From NCBI GenBank assembly GCA_000091205.1, contig AP006498.2: a stretch of DNA of 64,000 bases, one strand, 5' to 3'. Of the stretch, positions 10,598 to 19,266 are shown piece by piece; position 1 is the first letter of the stretch, and each line of letters starts with the position of its first letter. Made by a program: the position numbers and the translations under genes. The notes under the pieces were generated by a model, which was given only the letters and a program-made list of their open reading frames with translations, did not search any database and was not told the DNA's origin. This DNA comes from Cyanidioschyzon merolae (Eukaryota).

Positions 10598-12067
10598 TCA
10601 ATCACCATCGAATGTGGTCACATGACTCGCGGTCGGTGCTCGACGCGCTGTACTGGAAAATATGCCACCAAATGTTCTCTTTTCCTGCTTACGATGAACT
10701 TCGATCAGTCGCTGTAATTGCTCGAGCTCTTTCTTTGCGATTGTATGTTTCGGTTCAAGACGCAATACCTGTAGTAGGTCACGTTTGGCGTCCTCGTAAT
10801 TCCCTAGCTCGCGCTGAGCCTGGCCACGTGTAAACAGCGCTTTGCCCACGAGCGAACAGTGCGCGCTCTCGCCGGCTGCAGCTGCCCCTTCAGCTGCTGG
10901 GGCAACTCTGTCTTCTTCTCGTTTGTCGGACTTGCCGTGTTGCGCGGACTCGAGCACCAGGTCTGCTAGGCGTATCGCATCGTGGTACGCGCCCAGCCGA
11001 TAATGCGTCCGAGCCAAGTTACTCAACAGCGTGCGCGTCAGTTGTTCCCGTTGCGTCTGAATGGACAGGTCTCCAGTATCATCAGCCTCATTCGTCTTTG
11101 AGGAACCGCTCTGATTCGATGGCGCTTTCCCCCAGAGCTGCAAAGTCTGAAGCGCTACCTCATACTCTTGTACGGCTGCCTCCAGCTGGCCTCCTTTGAA
11201 ATAGTAGTTCCCGAGCTCCTTTGCCTCCAGGGCGTACGCCAGCCGATCCGCATCCGTCTCAAGGTCTGCAAAAGCACGCGTCTTCCGGAATCGTAACAGT
11301 GGAGGTGCGGTGACGCTCTGTGTGCCTGCTGTGCTGCCTGTCGGAGGGCTTGTCGTGCCGTCTCCGCAGCTTGCACTGCTTCCATTGGCCTCGGTCTCTA
11401 GTGCGCCCGATGACAATGATTGGGGTGCATTGGGGGCATCGCCGCCTTGGCATGCGCCGTCGAGGGCTTTCGCCTCAGGTCGCCAGGGCAAAGACGTAAC
11501 CCCGTTGAGCGCAAGGAGCTGCGGCCGGCCGTCAACGATTCGCACCGTGCCCAAGAAGTGAATCTCTAACTCAATGCTCGCACAGTTCGGTTTCACCACC
11601 CAGCGTCCACCACGGCCTTTGCGACCGCGATCGCCGTAGGCATATTTTGGCGCACGGCAGCATACAAGAGCTTTTTCTCCGACCCGCATCGTAAATAACG
11701 CCAGCTCTACCACCGGGATCACCTGGTGTCGGCCGAGCACGAACGTGAACGGTGCAACTGCGTCAGCTACGTCGCTGTCGCAAACGTCGAAAAGTATACG
11801 ACCCTGCGAGTCGGGCTCTCCTTTCAGGTCGGTATCACTTGCTGCAACATAGGCGCGGTAGTGAATAGCGACACGTTCGCCAATGGCTGGCGGCGGAAGC
11901 AGTGCAACAGGTGCTGCAGGTTCCTCGGGGGCCGCGTCGCAGCCGCTGCCTGTTTGGCTCGGTGCCGTCGTCGCGGGCTCGAGAACAACTTTATAGACTT
12001 GTCCGTATACTGCATGACCAGGAGGCAGCAACTCAACTTTCGTGCCTTTCGAGGCCACGGAACTCAT
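10598..12067 (-). CDS. FKBP-type peptidyl-prolyl cis-trans isomerase with C-terminal TPR repeats.
   Basis: It has an FKBP domain (RVAIHYRAYVAASDT...FTFVLGRHQVIPVVELALFTMRVGEKALVCCRAPKYAYGDRG...IELEIHFLG) and TPR-like repeats (AYALEAKELGNYYFKGGQLEAAVQEYEVALQ, LFTRGQAQRELGNYEDAKRDLLQVLRLEP). The track start at 12097 is a GTG, so the start was moved to the first ATG. Confidence 0.75.
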   Translation of the reverse strand: MSSVASKGTKVELLPPGHAVYGQVYKVVLEPATTAPSQTGSGCDAAPEEPAAPVALLPPPAIGERVAIHYRAYVAASDTDLKGEPDSQGRILFDVCDSDVADAVAPFTFVLGRHQVIPVVELALFTMRVGEKALVCCRAPKYAYGDRGRKGRGGRWVVKPNCASIELEIHFLGTVRIVDGRPQLLALNGVTSLPWRPEAKALDGACQGGDAPNAPQSLSSGALETEANGSSASCGDGTTSPPTGSTAGTQSVTAPPLLRFRKTRAFADLETDADRLAYALEAKELGNYYFKGGQLEAAVQEYEVALQTLQLWGKAPSNQSGSSKTNEADDTGDLSIQTQREQLTRTLLSNLARTHYRLGAYHDAIRLADLVLESAQHGKSDKREEDRVAPAAEGAAAAGESAHCSLVGKALFTRGQAQRELGNYEDAKRDLLQVLRLEPKHTIAKKELEQLQRLIEVHRKQEKRTFGGIFSSTARRAPTASHVTTFDGD

Positions 12068-12369
12068 ATCGAGCACGCCGTCAAACTGATCGCTCACGCA
12101 ACGTCACCTAGAGGCTTGTGGTCGTTACCGAAGTGGCCGTGTGTCCGTCGGAGTCCACTGCGTACAGTCTCGAACGCGCGGAGATCTCTGAACGCACTGG
12201 CCTACTGCACCGAGAGACACGACACCAACACGAACACGAACACCAAAACCAACACCTCCCTCTGGCCGCTTCCACAGTCCTTTGTGCAAGTCCGCAGAAG
12301 CACGCGAACGCGGTCTGCGGGTCTGCCACGCCAAAGAGCGCAGGCGCTGCAATCTGTAGTATTCTGAGC

Positions 12370-12795
12370 CGCCGCGCAGAGGTGCACCTATGCCCTGGCA
12401 AGGCGTGGGAATGTCTGTACTAGCATGTCGCTAAATTTTGTGCCGCGCAGAGGTGCTCCTATGCCCTGGCAAGGCGTGGGAATGTATGTACAAGCATGTC
12501 GCTAAATTTTGTGCCGCGCAGAGGTGCTCCTATGCCCTGGCAAAGCGTGGGAATGTCTGTACAAGCATGTCGCTAAATTTTGTGCCGCGCAGAGGTGCTC
12601 CTATGCCCTGGCAAGGCGTGGGAATGTCTGTACAAGCATGTCGCTAAATTTTGTGCCGCGCAGAGGTGCTCCTATGCCCTGGCAAGGCGTGGGAAGTCTG
12701 TACAAGCATGTCGCTAAATTTTGTGCCGCGCAGAGGTGCTCCTATGCCCTGGCAAGGCGTGGGAATGTCTGTACAAGCATGTCGCTAAATTTTGT
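12370..12795. repeat. Tandem array of six 71-bp units.
   Basis: The unit is tgccgcgcagaggtgctcctatgccctggcaaggcgtgggaatgtctgtacaagcatgtcgctaaattttg. The array lies about 270 bp upstream of the FKBP-TPR gene, and each unit contains an AAAUUUUG tract. Confidence 0.9.
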
Positions 12796-12904
12796 TGTTG
12801 CTCGTTAGACAACTTGTACGCTTCAGTCGTGCGTCTGTTGTCGTTTCGTGGCGCTACACCGGTGTCAGACGATAAGGCAACACCGTACTAGTCGCTCTTT
12901 TCCT

Positions 12905-13200
12905 GCTTTCCGACTTTTGTCTGAAGTTTTCTTAGATCCATAGCCTTGATCTTCTAAGTGCGGCAATAAGGGGATAACGGAAACATACGTAGTTCTAGGA
13001 TTCTCGGTCGCATTTTCAGATAGATCCTACGACGCTTTGTCGGTACAGTTCGTCACGTTTCCGAAATCACGATGATTGCCGACACTCTCAGTCAAGATTT
13101 TAGAAAATAACCTATAAGATTATCCATTTCTTATGAACAAGCTTCCACGCTTCTGATTCCCGTGCTTGGAGCAAGCTCAAATCATATCTTTCCAGGGTTT
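12905..13200. repeat. Dispersed short repeat family R4, copy 2.
   Basis: See the R4 copy at 2000-2245. The shared core is cggcaataaggggataacggaaacatacgtagttctaggattctcggtcg... Confidence 0.45.
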
Positions 13201-14426
13201 GCCATCTTTGGTTTCACCTGGCAAGTCGCATGCGCCGCCATTCGCAACGCTCCGTTGACGAGGACAGTAACGCAACCAAGTGCCTTGTGGACTTGATCTC
13301 CAGCCGGGTTTTCCCTTTCCAGGCATGTTCCATTATGGACAGTGTCGCGTTCCGCGATCCCGCTATCGAATGGGACAGCGCACGCCTGCTTGTACAGCGA
13401 ACAGCGTACTTGTCGAGTAGCTCGACCAGCAGAAACCGCACGTTGTAGCGTACAGCAACTGGATTAACAACGGAGGAGGGCATCGTGCGGAGCCTTGTGT
13501 ACTTTTCAAGGGATGCACGCGGCGATGAAGCAAGCGTTTCTCGCGACTCAGACAGGTCCGCGATCCGAAGTGGAAGCATCCGTGAACACGCGAGGATACC
13601 TGGCCTCAGTCCATAATCACCGGTGCGAAGCGCGTACCGAATGCATTCTGCAAAGAAGATAGCAATCGCGCTTCACGCGTAGATCGTCACTACCGCGCAT
13701 GCATGAGATGCTTCGACGAGAGCAGCACGTCACAAACTCGGGACGCGAACGTCGCCGTGAACATTTTTACAGCTGGCAGCGGAGCTGAAAAGAACCGTTT
13801 AACCGGATGTTTGAAAGCCCATGATAAGAGAGCGAGAGAACGGAAGCAGACGCGGAAACATCCGCAAACCCCGGTGTTGATGATACTGGGAAACCCTCAA
13901 ACCTCACATTGTACGCCCACTTGATAGGACCTGGTCCATTGAACCCTGGCACGGGTGTAGACAGGGAGCGCAGAGCGACCTTGCGTCGCGAGTATAAAAC
14001 AAAACAATACTGGGGGTGGTATGATCAACAGCAGGCAACCGAGCATTCAGCGCCTCGTTGACGCTACGTCAGGGCATAGACTAGCAAGCACGCTTACCGC
14101 TGCTGCTGCTGCCCTCAAGACGTCATACAGCGCGCTACACCATTGATTGATCACTAGACAAGAAGGCTGGCGTTCTCAGGCAATGGGACTTGAATCATGT
14201 ACACACTTTACTTGGCCGTCCATGATGCTGCCCCTCGAGAGGCTTCCATGTATTGCTTTCCTGAGAGAAGACAGCACAGCAGAAACACGCCTCATTCAAA
14301 GTCGCATCCAGTCAAGGAGCGGACGCTACTCCTGACGATGACGCTTCATTGGCTGAGCGCCGTGGTTTGAGTGCGTGCGTTCAACAGAATGCTCGAACAG
14401 CAGACGTTTTTCCGCACTGCTCGCTC

Positions 14427-16412
14427 CTAGTCGACTTCTTCGACAGTTGGGCCGCTGCCAGTGCCAGCGCCGCCAGCACCAGGCATGCCGCCAGCTCCAG
14501 GCATGCCGCCAGCTCCAGGCATACCACCGGCACCTGGCATGCCATCTGCAGCGCCGCCAGCTTGCTGGTACATGCGAGTGAAGATGGGCATGGTAACGCT
14601 TTCCAGCTCTTTCTGCATGTTCTTGATCTGATCGAGCGAAGCAGTGGCGCCGTTTTCTTCGAGCCATTCCAGCACTTCTTTGGTCTTGTCAAGAATCTTC
14701 TGCTTGTCGCCGGCGCTGAGGCTCTGAGCTACCTGTTCCTCTTCCACGGTGCGCTTCGCCGAATAGGCCAGCTGCTCGAGCGAGTTGCGCGCCTCGACCG
14801 TGCGTCGGACTTCTTCATCCTTCGCCTTCATGGCCTCTGCCTCCTTCACCATGCGCTCAACCTCCGCCTCGCTCAGCCGACCCTTTTCATTCTTAATCGC
14901 AATCCGTTCACTCTTACCGGTAGTCTTGTCAACTGCTGTAACATTCAGGATGCCGTTCGCATCGAGGTCAAATGTGACCTCAATCTGAGGCACACCCCGT
15001 GGTGCCGGCGGAATACCTGTCAAGGTGAACTGTCCCAACAGGTGGTTGTCCTTGGTCATAGCGCGCTCGCCTTCATAAACTTGAATCGTGACAGCAGGCT
15101 GATTGTCGGCATAGGTTGTGAAGATCTGGCTCTTCTTTGTCGGGATTGTGCTGTTCCGCGGAATCAAAACAGTCATGACACCTCCGGCGGTCTCAATACC
15201 GAGCGAGAGAGGCGTCACGTCGAGCAACAGAATGTCCTTGGTCGTTTCAGACTCATGGCCCGACAAGATTGCAGCCTGGACGGCTGCTCCGTACGCCACC
15301 GCCTCATCCGGATTGATTGACTTGCAGAGCTCCTTGCCATTGAAGAACTGGCTAAGAAGTTGCTGAATCTTTGGAATGCGTGTCGAGCCGCCGACGAGAA
15401 CGACGTCGTCAACTTGGCTCTTCGACAAATTCGCGTCCTTCAGGACCCTCTCAACAGGATCGAGGGTGCTGCGGAACAAATCTCCGCAGAGCTCCTCGAA
15501 CTTGGCTCGAGTGATTGAGCTGTAAAAGTCAATGCCGTTGTAAAGGGAATCTATCTCAATCGTCGCTTGCGTCGCCGACGACAGCGTCCGTTTCGCCCGT
15601 TCGCACGCCGTCCGCAATCGCCGCATGGCTCGATTGTTCCCAGTAATGTCTTCCTTGTACTTGCGCTTGAACTCCTTCACGAAATAATCCACCATTCGCG
15701 AATCAAAGTCCTCGCCACCCAGATGAGAATTGCCAGAGACTGCGCGCACCTCGAAGATGCCCGAATCGACGCTCAGCAAGCTCACATCGAATGTTCCACC
15801 ACCAAGGTCGTAAATCAGCACATTGCGCTCCTTGTTATCACTCGTCTTCTTATCAATACCATACGCGATTGCGGCTGCCGTCGGCTCGTTGATGATGCGA
15901 AGGACGTTCAGACCGGCGATCGTACCAGCATCCTTTGTCGCCTGGCGCTGGGAATCATTGAAATATGCCGGCACTGTGATAACAGCATCAGTAACCTTCG
16001 TTCCCAGGTATGACTCCGCAATATCCTTCATTTTCGTCAACACCATGGCACTGATCTCCTCCGGGGAGAACCGTTTCACGTCGCCATGTGCGACAACCTG
16101 GATGAGCGGCTTGTCACCCGGGCCTTGAACGACCTTGAATGGCCAGTGCTTCATATCCTCCTGCACGGTAGGATCAGAGAACTTACGTCCAATGAGACGT
16201 TTCGCGTCAAAGACAGTATTCTCGGGGTTCAGCGCTACCTGGTTCTTCGCGGCGTCTCCGATGAGGCGCTCCGTCTCCGTGAAGGCAACATATGACGGGG
16301 TCGTCCGGTTGCCCTGCTCGTTCGCAATAATCTCAACCTTGTTGCCTTCCATAACGGCAACGCACGAGTAGGTCGTGCCAAGGTCAATTCCGATCGCCTT
16401 TGCCTTTGACAT
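14427..16412 (-). CDS. HSP70: Cytosolic heat-shock protein 70 (HSP70/DnaK family).
   Basis: It contains [22 protein letters not shown] and [14 protein letters not shown] signatures, four C-terminal GMPGAG repeats and a terminal EEVD. The start is an ATG and the gene is a single 661-aa exon. Confidence 0.95.
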   Translation of the reverse strand: MSKAKAIGIDLGTTYSCVAVMEGNKVEIIANEQGNRTTPSYVAFTETERLIGDAAKNQVALNPENTVFDAKRLIGRKFSDPTVQEDMKHWPFKVVQGPGDKPLIQVVAHGDVKRFSPEEISAMVLTKMKDIAESYLGTKVTDAVITVPAYFNDSQRQATKDAGTIAGLNVLRIINEPTAAAIAYGIDKKTSDNKERNVLIYDLGGGTFDVSLLSVDSGIFEVRAVSGNSHLGGEDFDSRMVDYFVKEFKRKYKEDITGNNRAMRRLRTACERAKRTLSSATQATIEIDSLYNGIDFYSSITRAKFEELCGDLFRSTLDPVERVLKDANLSKSQVDDVVLVGGSTRIPKIQQLLSQFFNGKELCKSINPDEAVAYGAAVQAAILSGHESETTKDILLLDVTPLSLGIETAGGVMTVLIPRNSTIPTKKSQIFTTYADNQPAVTIQVYEGERAMTKDNHLLGQFTLTGIPPAPRGVPQIEVTFDLDANGILNVTAVDKTTGKSERIAIKNEKGRLSEAEVERMVKEAEAMKAKDEEVRRTVEARNSLEQLAYSAKRTVEEEQVAQSLSAGDKQKILDKTKEVLEWLEENGATASLDQIKNMQKELESVTMPIFTRMYQQAGGAADGMPGAGGMPGAGGMPGAGGMPGAGGAGTGSGPTVEEVD

Positions 16413-16675
16413 TGTTCAAAGCTCGTTAACAGGAACTATTCCACGAACACGAGTTAAACGTCCAGTCTGAACACTCTGTCTCACTTGCTCCGCAACAAGA
16501 ACAATATGCTCCCGTACCGGAACTCGCTCCTCTGACACACGTGTTCTAGCGAACGGCGCGTGTTTGACTATGAACACCAATGACTCTTAAGTAGACGCCC
16601 ATTGTATGAATGGGGCCGCGACACGATCGCTAGCGACGCGTCGATCGGCGCGCCGCAGCGATCGTGCGCCGACGG

Positions 16676-16696
16676 TTCGCGAAGGATTCGGAAGCT
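16676..16696. promoter_or_regulatory. Candidate heat-shock-element-like sequence upstream of HSP70.
   Basis: The sequence ttcgcGAAggaTTCggAAGc has alternating GAA/TTC units about 265-285 bp upstream of the HSP70 ATG. One spacer is 3 nt rather than the canonical 2 nt, so the match is imperfect. It coincides with the terminus of Fanzor copy A. Confidence 0.2.
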
Positions 16697-16699
16697 TTG

Positions 16700-16940
16700 C
16701 CGCGAAAAACGCCAGCGGCGTACAGTAGTGGCAGCGACCGCGCCTTAGACAAATCGTTCTCAGCTGACGTGCAGACGCCTCCCAGCCTTTCTCGACCGGC
16801 CACCTACTACTGCTTCCAACTTCTTCTCATATAGTTCGACTTTGAGGGGTTGTCCAACAAAGTTCTCTCTTGTCTATTCTGGAGATCTGTTCTCCAGCAC
16901 CGCACATCTCCGTATATTGCTAGGGGCATGAAAGTCACGA
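16700..16940 (-). ncRNA. Candidate guide-RNA (fRNA/omega-RNA) scaffold at the 3' end of Fanzor copy A.
   Basis: A roughly 230-nt stretch runs from the RuvC-III codons through the stop codon to the element terminus. It is conserved at nucleotide level in copies A, B, C and D, including past the stop where nothing is coding. It contains complementary segments (cagtagtaggtggc ... gccactactg). This placement matches where TnpB and Fanzor guide RNAs are encoded. No RNA evidence is available from sequence alone. Confidence 0.35.
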
Positions 16941-18274
16941 TTCACACACTCCATACGGTTCTTGCCATCATTGGTTGTACTTACTAACGCAGGCAATCCT
17001 CGAACGTTCGCCCTCCTTTCCATTTGCTCCTCTGTTAGCGGTCCGTACTTTGCGATTTCCTCAGGGCACCGCTGGCACTTGTCTATCTCGACCGTCTGAA
17101 GTGTACAACCCAGCTCGTGGTGTGTATAGGACGTTCGGAACTCATCTACAGGTATCGTGACGAGACGCCTTCCACACTCCTTGTACGTTCTTGTTGTTGG
17201 AGCTGGTATGCACCCCTTTTGGGTCTTCCATCGCCCTGCTCCATACGCTACGACGAGCCTTTGACTCTGGTCCCCGTTGAGCGCACGCAACTGATTGAAA
17301 AAGTTGGCAAACGCCCGCTGCCTCCCACAGTGTAGATTCATACGCAGACGGGCCCACCGAGGCTTTGTATATTCCTTCCACAGCGCATCCCAATGGGCAA
17401 CACGAACTTCCATGAATTTCCGAAAAGCTCGAAAGTCCGCTCCTCGGCTCGTCACCTCGCTCATAGCTTCCAGGTGCTCTTTCATTCCTGAATTCCACGT
17501 TTCGATTTTCTTCGTCGCATTTATGACACCGGATTCTCGATAGAATCTCGCTCTCGAGAACGTCAACAGACGGATGTCTTTCTGACGTAAGTTGCCGTAA
17601 GTACCATCTTCCGCCCGCTTCGGTGCTGCGATGGTTATGGTATTTGTGCTTCCGGGGTCCGTGCCAACGACAAAGTCGATATCCTGCACTTTCTGCTTCT
17701 CAGAACCCGCCTTCTTGTTCTCTTCATTCTTTACCGCGCCAACGACAAGGTCGTTATGCTCCACCTCCTGCATCGCAGGATCCGCCGTCTTCTTATCTTC
17801 ATCCTTCGTCACGTCAACGACAAGGTCGTTATCCTCCACCTCCTGAATCGCACGTTCCTCCTCTTTGTTTTCTTCATCCCTCGTCACGGGCGAAGTCAAA
17901 GGCGGAACTGGCCGATCTGTCTTCAACCGCCGATCGTGTACACAAAAGGCTACCCCATCGGTTTCGATCTTCCCAGTGAATACATTTTGCTTGCTCACTT
18001 TGGGACGCTTGGAATCGGAGATACGCTTCCAGTGGGTCTCCCGGTTTTCGCCGGTGAAATCCTTCCTGCTAACACTGAACTTCGGTCCGATCTCCCTCAT
18101 GATGCCGTAAAGGACGCCGGAGTCGATACTCACGAAGTATGACTTGATATTGGACAATGGAACCACGCCGGAGCGCTTCCCCACTAGGACAGCCTTCCGT
18201 CTCTCCCACTCTTCATTTGTCTCTTCACTCAGCTTCATCTCCGCCTTGCGTTCGAGCTCTCGGTCCAGAAACAC
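16874..18274 (-). CDS. Fanzor/TnpB-like RuvC nuclease, RuvC-containing C-terminal portion of copy A.
   Basis: Motifs: RuvC-I-like [17 protein letters not shown]; RuvC-II-like [22 protein letters not shown]; a zinc-finger remnant KCQRCPEE; RuvC-III-like [16 protein letters not shown] (canonical NRDFNAAINIRR in sister copies). Upstream of RuvC-I there are about 25-aa acidic repeats ([25 protein letters not shown]). Confidence 0.8.
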   Translation of the reverse strand: MFLDRELERKAEMKLSEETNEEWERRKAVLVGKRSGVVPLSNIKSYFVSIDSGVLYGIMREIGPKFSVSRKDFTGENRETHWKRISDSKRPKVSKQNVFTGKIETDGVAFCVHDRRLKTDRPVPPLTSPVTRDEENKEEERAIQEVEDNDLVVDVTKDEDKKTADPAMQEVEHNDLVVGAVKNEENKKAGSEKQKVQDIDFVVGTDPGSTNTITIAAPKRAEDGTYGNLRQKDIRLLTFSRARFYRESGVINATKKIETWNSGMKEHLEAMSEVTSRGADFRAFRKFMEVRVAHWDALWKEYTKPRWARLRMNLHCGRQRAFANFFNQLRALNGDQSQRLVVAYGAGRWKTQKGCIPAPTTRTYKECGRRLVTIPVDEFRTSYTHHELGCTLQTVEIDKCQRCPEEIAKYGPLTEEQMERRANVRGLPALVSTTNDGKNRMECVNRDFHAPSNIRRCAVLENRSPE

Positions 18275-18308
18275 AAAGTACCGTAGGACGAGGCGATAGT
18301 ATCGTTCC

Positions 18309-18947
18309 TTATCTTTTTTTCAACTCTGATATCTTTTCTGTTTGATTCGCCAACCCCAGTACCGCACGGTGCTCTTGTACAGTCGCCCGGATCACAGAAG
18401 CTTCATTCGCGCTCTCGTTTGACGCCTTCTTCTCGACAAATTCGACCTCATCTTCATGCTGTCGATCTTTCGTGATGCCATTGATAGTCGCCCATTTTCC
18501 TTTGCGAGAGATGCCCGGGCGGAGTGCAACCGCGGCGCGGATCACGAAACGTTCGAGGTTCGTTGTCAAACGGCTCGTCAGGTTCGTGAGGTACTTCATC
18601 GCCCCGTGGTCGTAAATATCCGCGCCACCCCTGTATCGGGTACGCTCGAAGCGGAATGCCGCGAAGTTTTCGTGGAGGGCATGCACTAGCACATTTTCCC
18701 TCCACGTTCCTGCTGTACAAAGCATCAGGTAGAGAAAAATCGTCTTGTCGAAAACCTCGTCCGGAATCTCGACCGATTCCATGTGCGTCACGTCGAGATA
18801 CATCTCCCTCGCCAGATGCATCAGTCCTGACGAAGCCTTTATAATACTCATGGAGTACGACTCAACACGGTTTCTAGTTGCCTCCCGTAACTTCTCCACC
18901 CACGCATTCTTGATATGTTTAAGAAGACAGGCTTTCACCACCGTCAC
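18309..18947 (-). CDS. N-terminal portion of the same Fanzor gene (copy A). It is out of frame with the downstream part because of a +1 shift in an A7 tract.
   Basis: In copy C the homologous sequence is one continuous frame (ORF 60843..61577 spans both parts), so the break in A and B is a +1 indel in a poly-A tract. The listed start is a GTG and there is no in-frame ATG. An NLS-like basic segment (RKKNKKQ...RKRQRRRRGR) lies in another frame further upstream. The true N-terminus is unresolved and could reflect an intron, a frameshift or a sequencing error. Confidence 0.55.
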   Translation of the reverse strand: MTVVKACLLKHIKNAWVEKLREATRNRVESYSMSIIKASSGLMHLAREMYLDVTHMESVEIPDEVFDKTIFLYLMLCTAGTWRENVLVHALHENFAAFRFERTRYRGGADIYDHGAMKYLTNLTSRLTTNLERFVIRAAVALRPGISRKGKWATINGITKDRQHEDEVEFVEKKASNESANEASVIRATVQEHRAVLGLANQTEKISELKKR

Positions 18948-19266
18948 GTAGGACTCTTGTTTTTCGTGCAGCTTCTGACGTGGGCTCTCCCTCTTCTGCG
19001 TCTTTGTCTTTTCCTGTTACTCTCCGCCGGGCACTGTTTTTTGTTTTTTTTTCTGGCAGCCGGCGACACCTGCCTTCCAGGATCCTCCACTTGCTTTTCC
19101 AGAAATTTCCTTTTTTTCGAAAAAGAACGCGCTTTGAACGCTTCTGTTATAAACTGCGAAGAATCAACCGAATACACTCATTTGAGCGTTGAAACACGAC
19201 TGAGATGAAGTAATATATTTCGCTACGATTCCAATGCAAATACATGTTTTACGTTAAAACAACAAG

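Larger units (their letters stand above)
16700..19180 (-). mobile_element. Fanzor/TnpB-like (OMEGA-type RNA-guided nuclease) element, family-1 copy A. It is co-oriented with HSP70 and lies immediately upstream of it.
   Basis: It encodes a RuvC-type nuclease split across two ORFs (see the CDS entries at 16874..18274 and 18309..18947). Its conserved 3' non-coding tail ends in gccactactgtac at about 16720. Its 5' end region (gcgttcaaag.gcgttc...aaaaaaa...gtcga.gatcctgg) is shared with copies B and C and with the short derivatives. The boundaries are approximate and the termini may extend 20-50 bp further. Confidence 0.8.

Noticed and set aside
12370-12795. The tandem arrays with 71-, 98- and 76-bp units were considered as CRISPR arrays.
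   Set aside because: The units are near-identical throughout with no unique spacers. The context is eukaryotic nuclear DNA and there are no cas genes. Fanzor/TnpB systems do not use arrays.
14349-15320. Long ORFs on the opposite strand of confirmed genes were considered. These include 14349..15320+ inside HSP70, 5022..5738- inside SUV3, 39365..40111- inside the lipase gene and 38360..38764+ over the tRNA.
   Set aside because: They are antisense-frame artefacts typical of GC-rich coding DNA. They have no domain signatures and overlap well-supported genes.
16622-16667. A 10-bp perfect inverted repeat (cacgatcgct ... agcgatcgtg) with a palindromic 26-nt spacer between HSP70 and the copy A terminus was considered as a transposon subterminal hairpin.
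   Set aside because: It is not conserved at the equivalent position beside copies B, C or D. It is probably a local CG-rich palindrome in the HSP70 upstream region.
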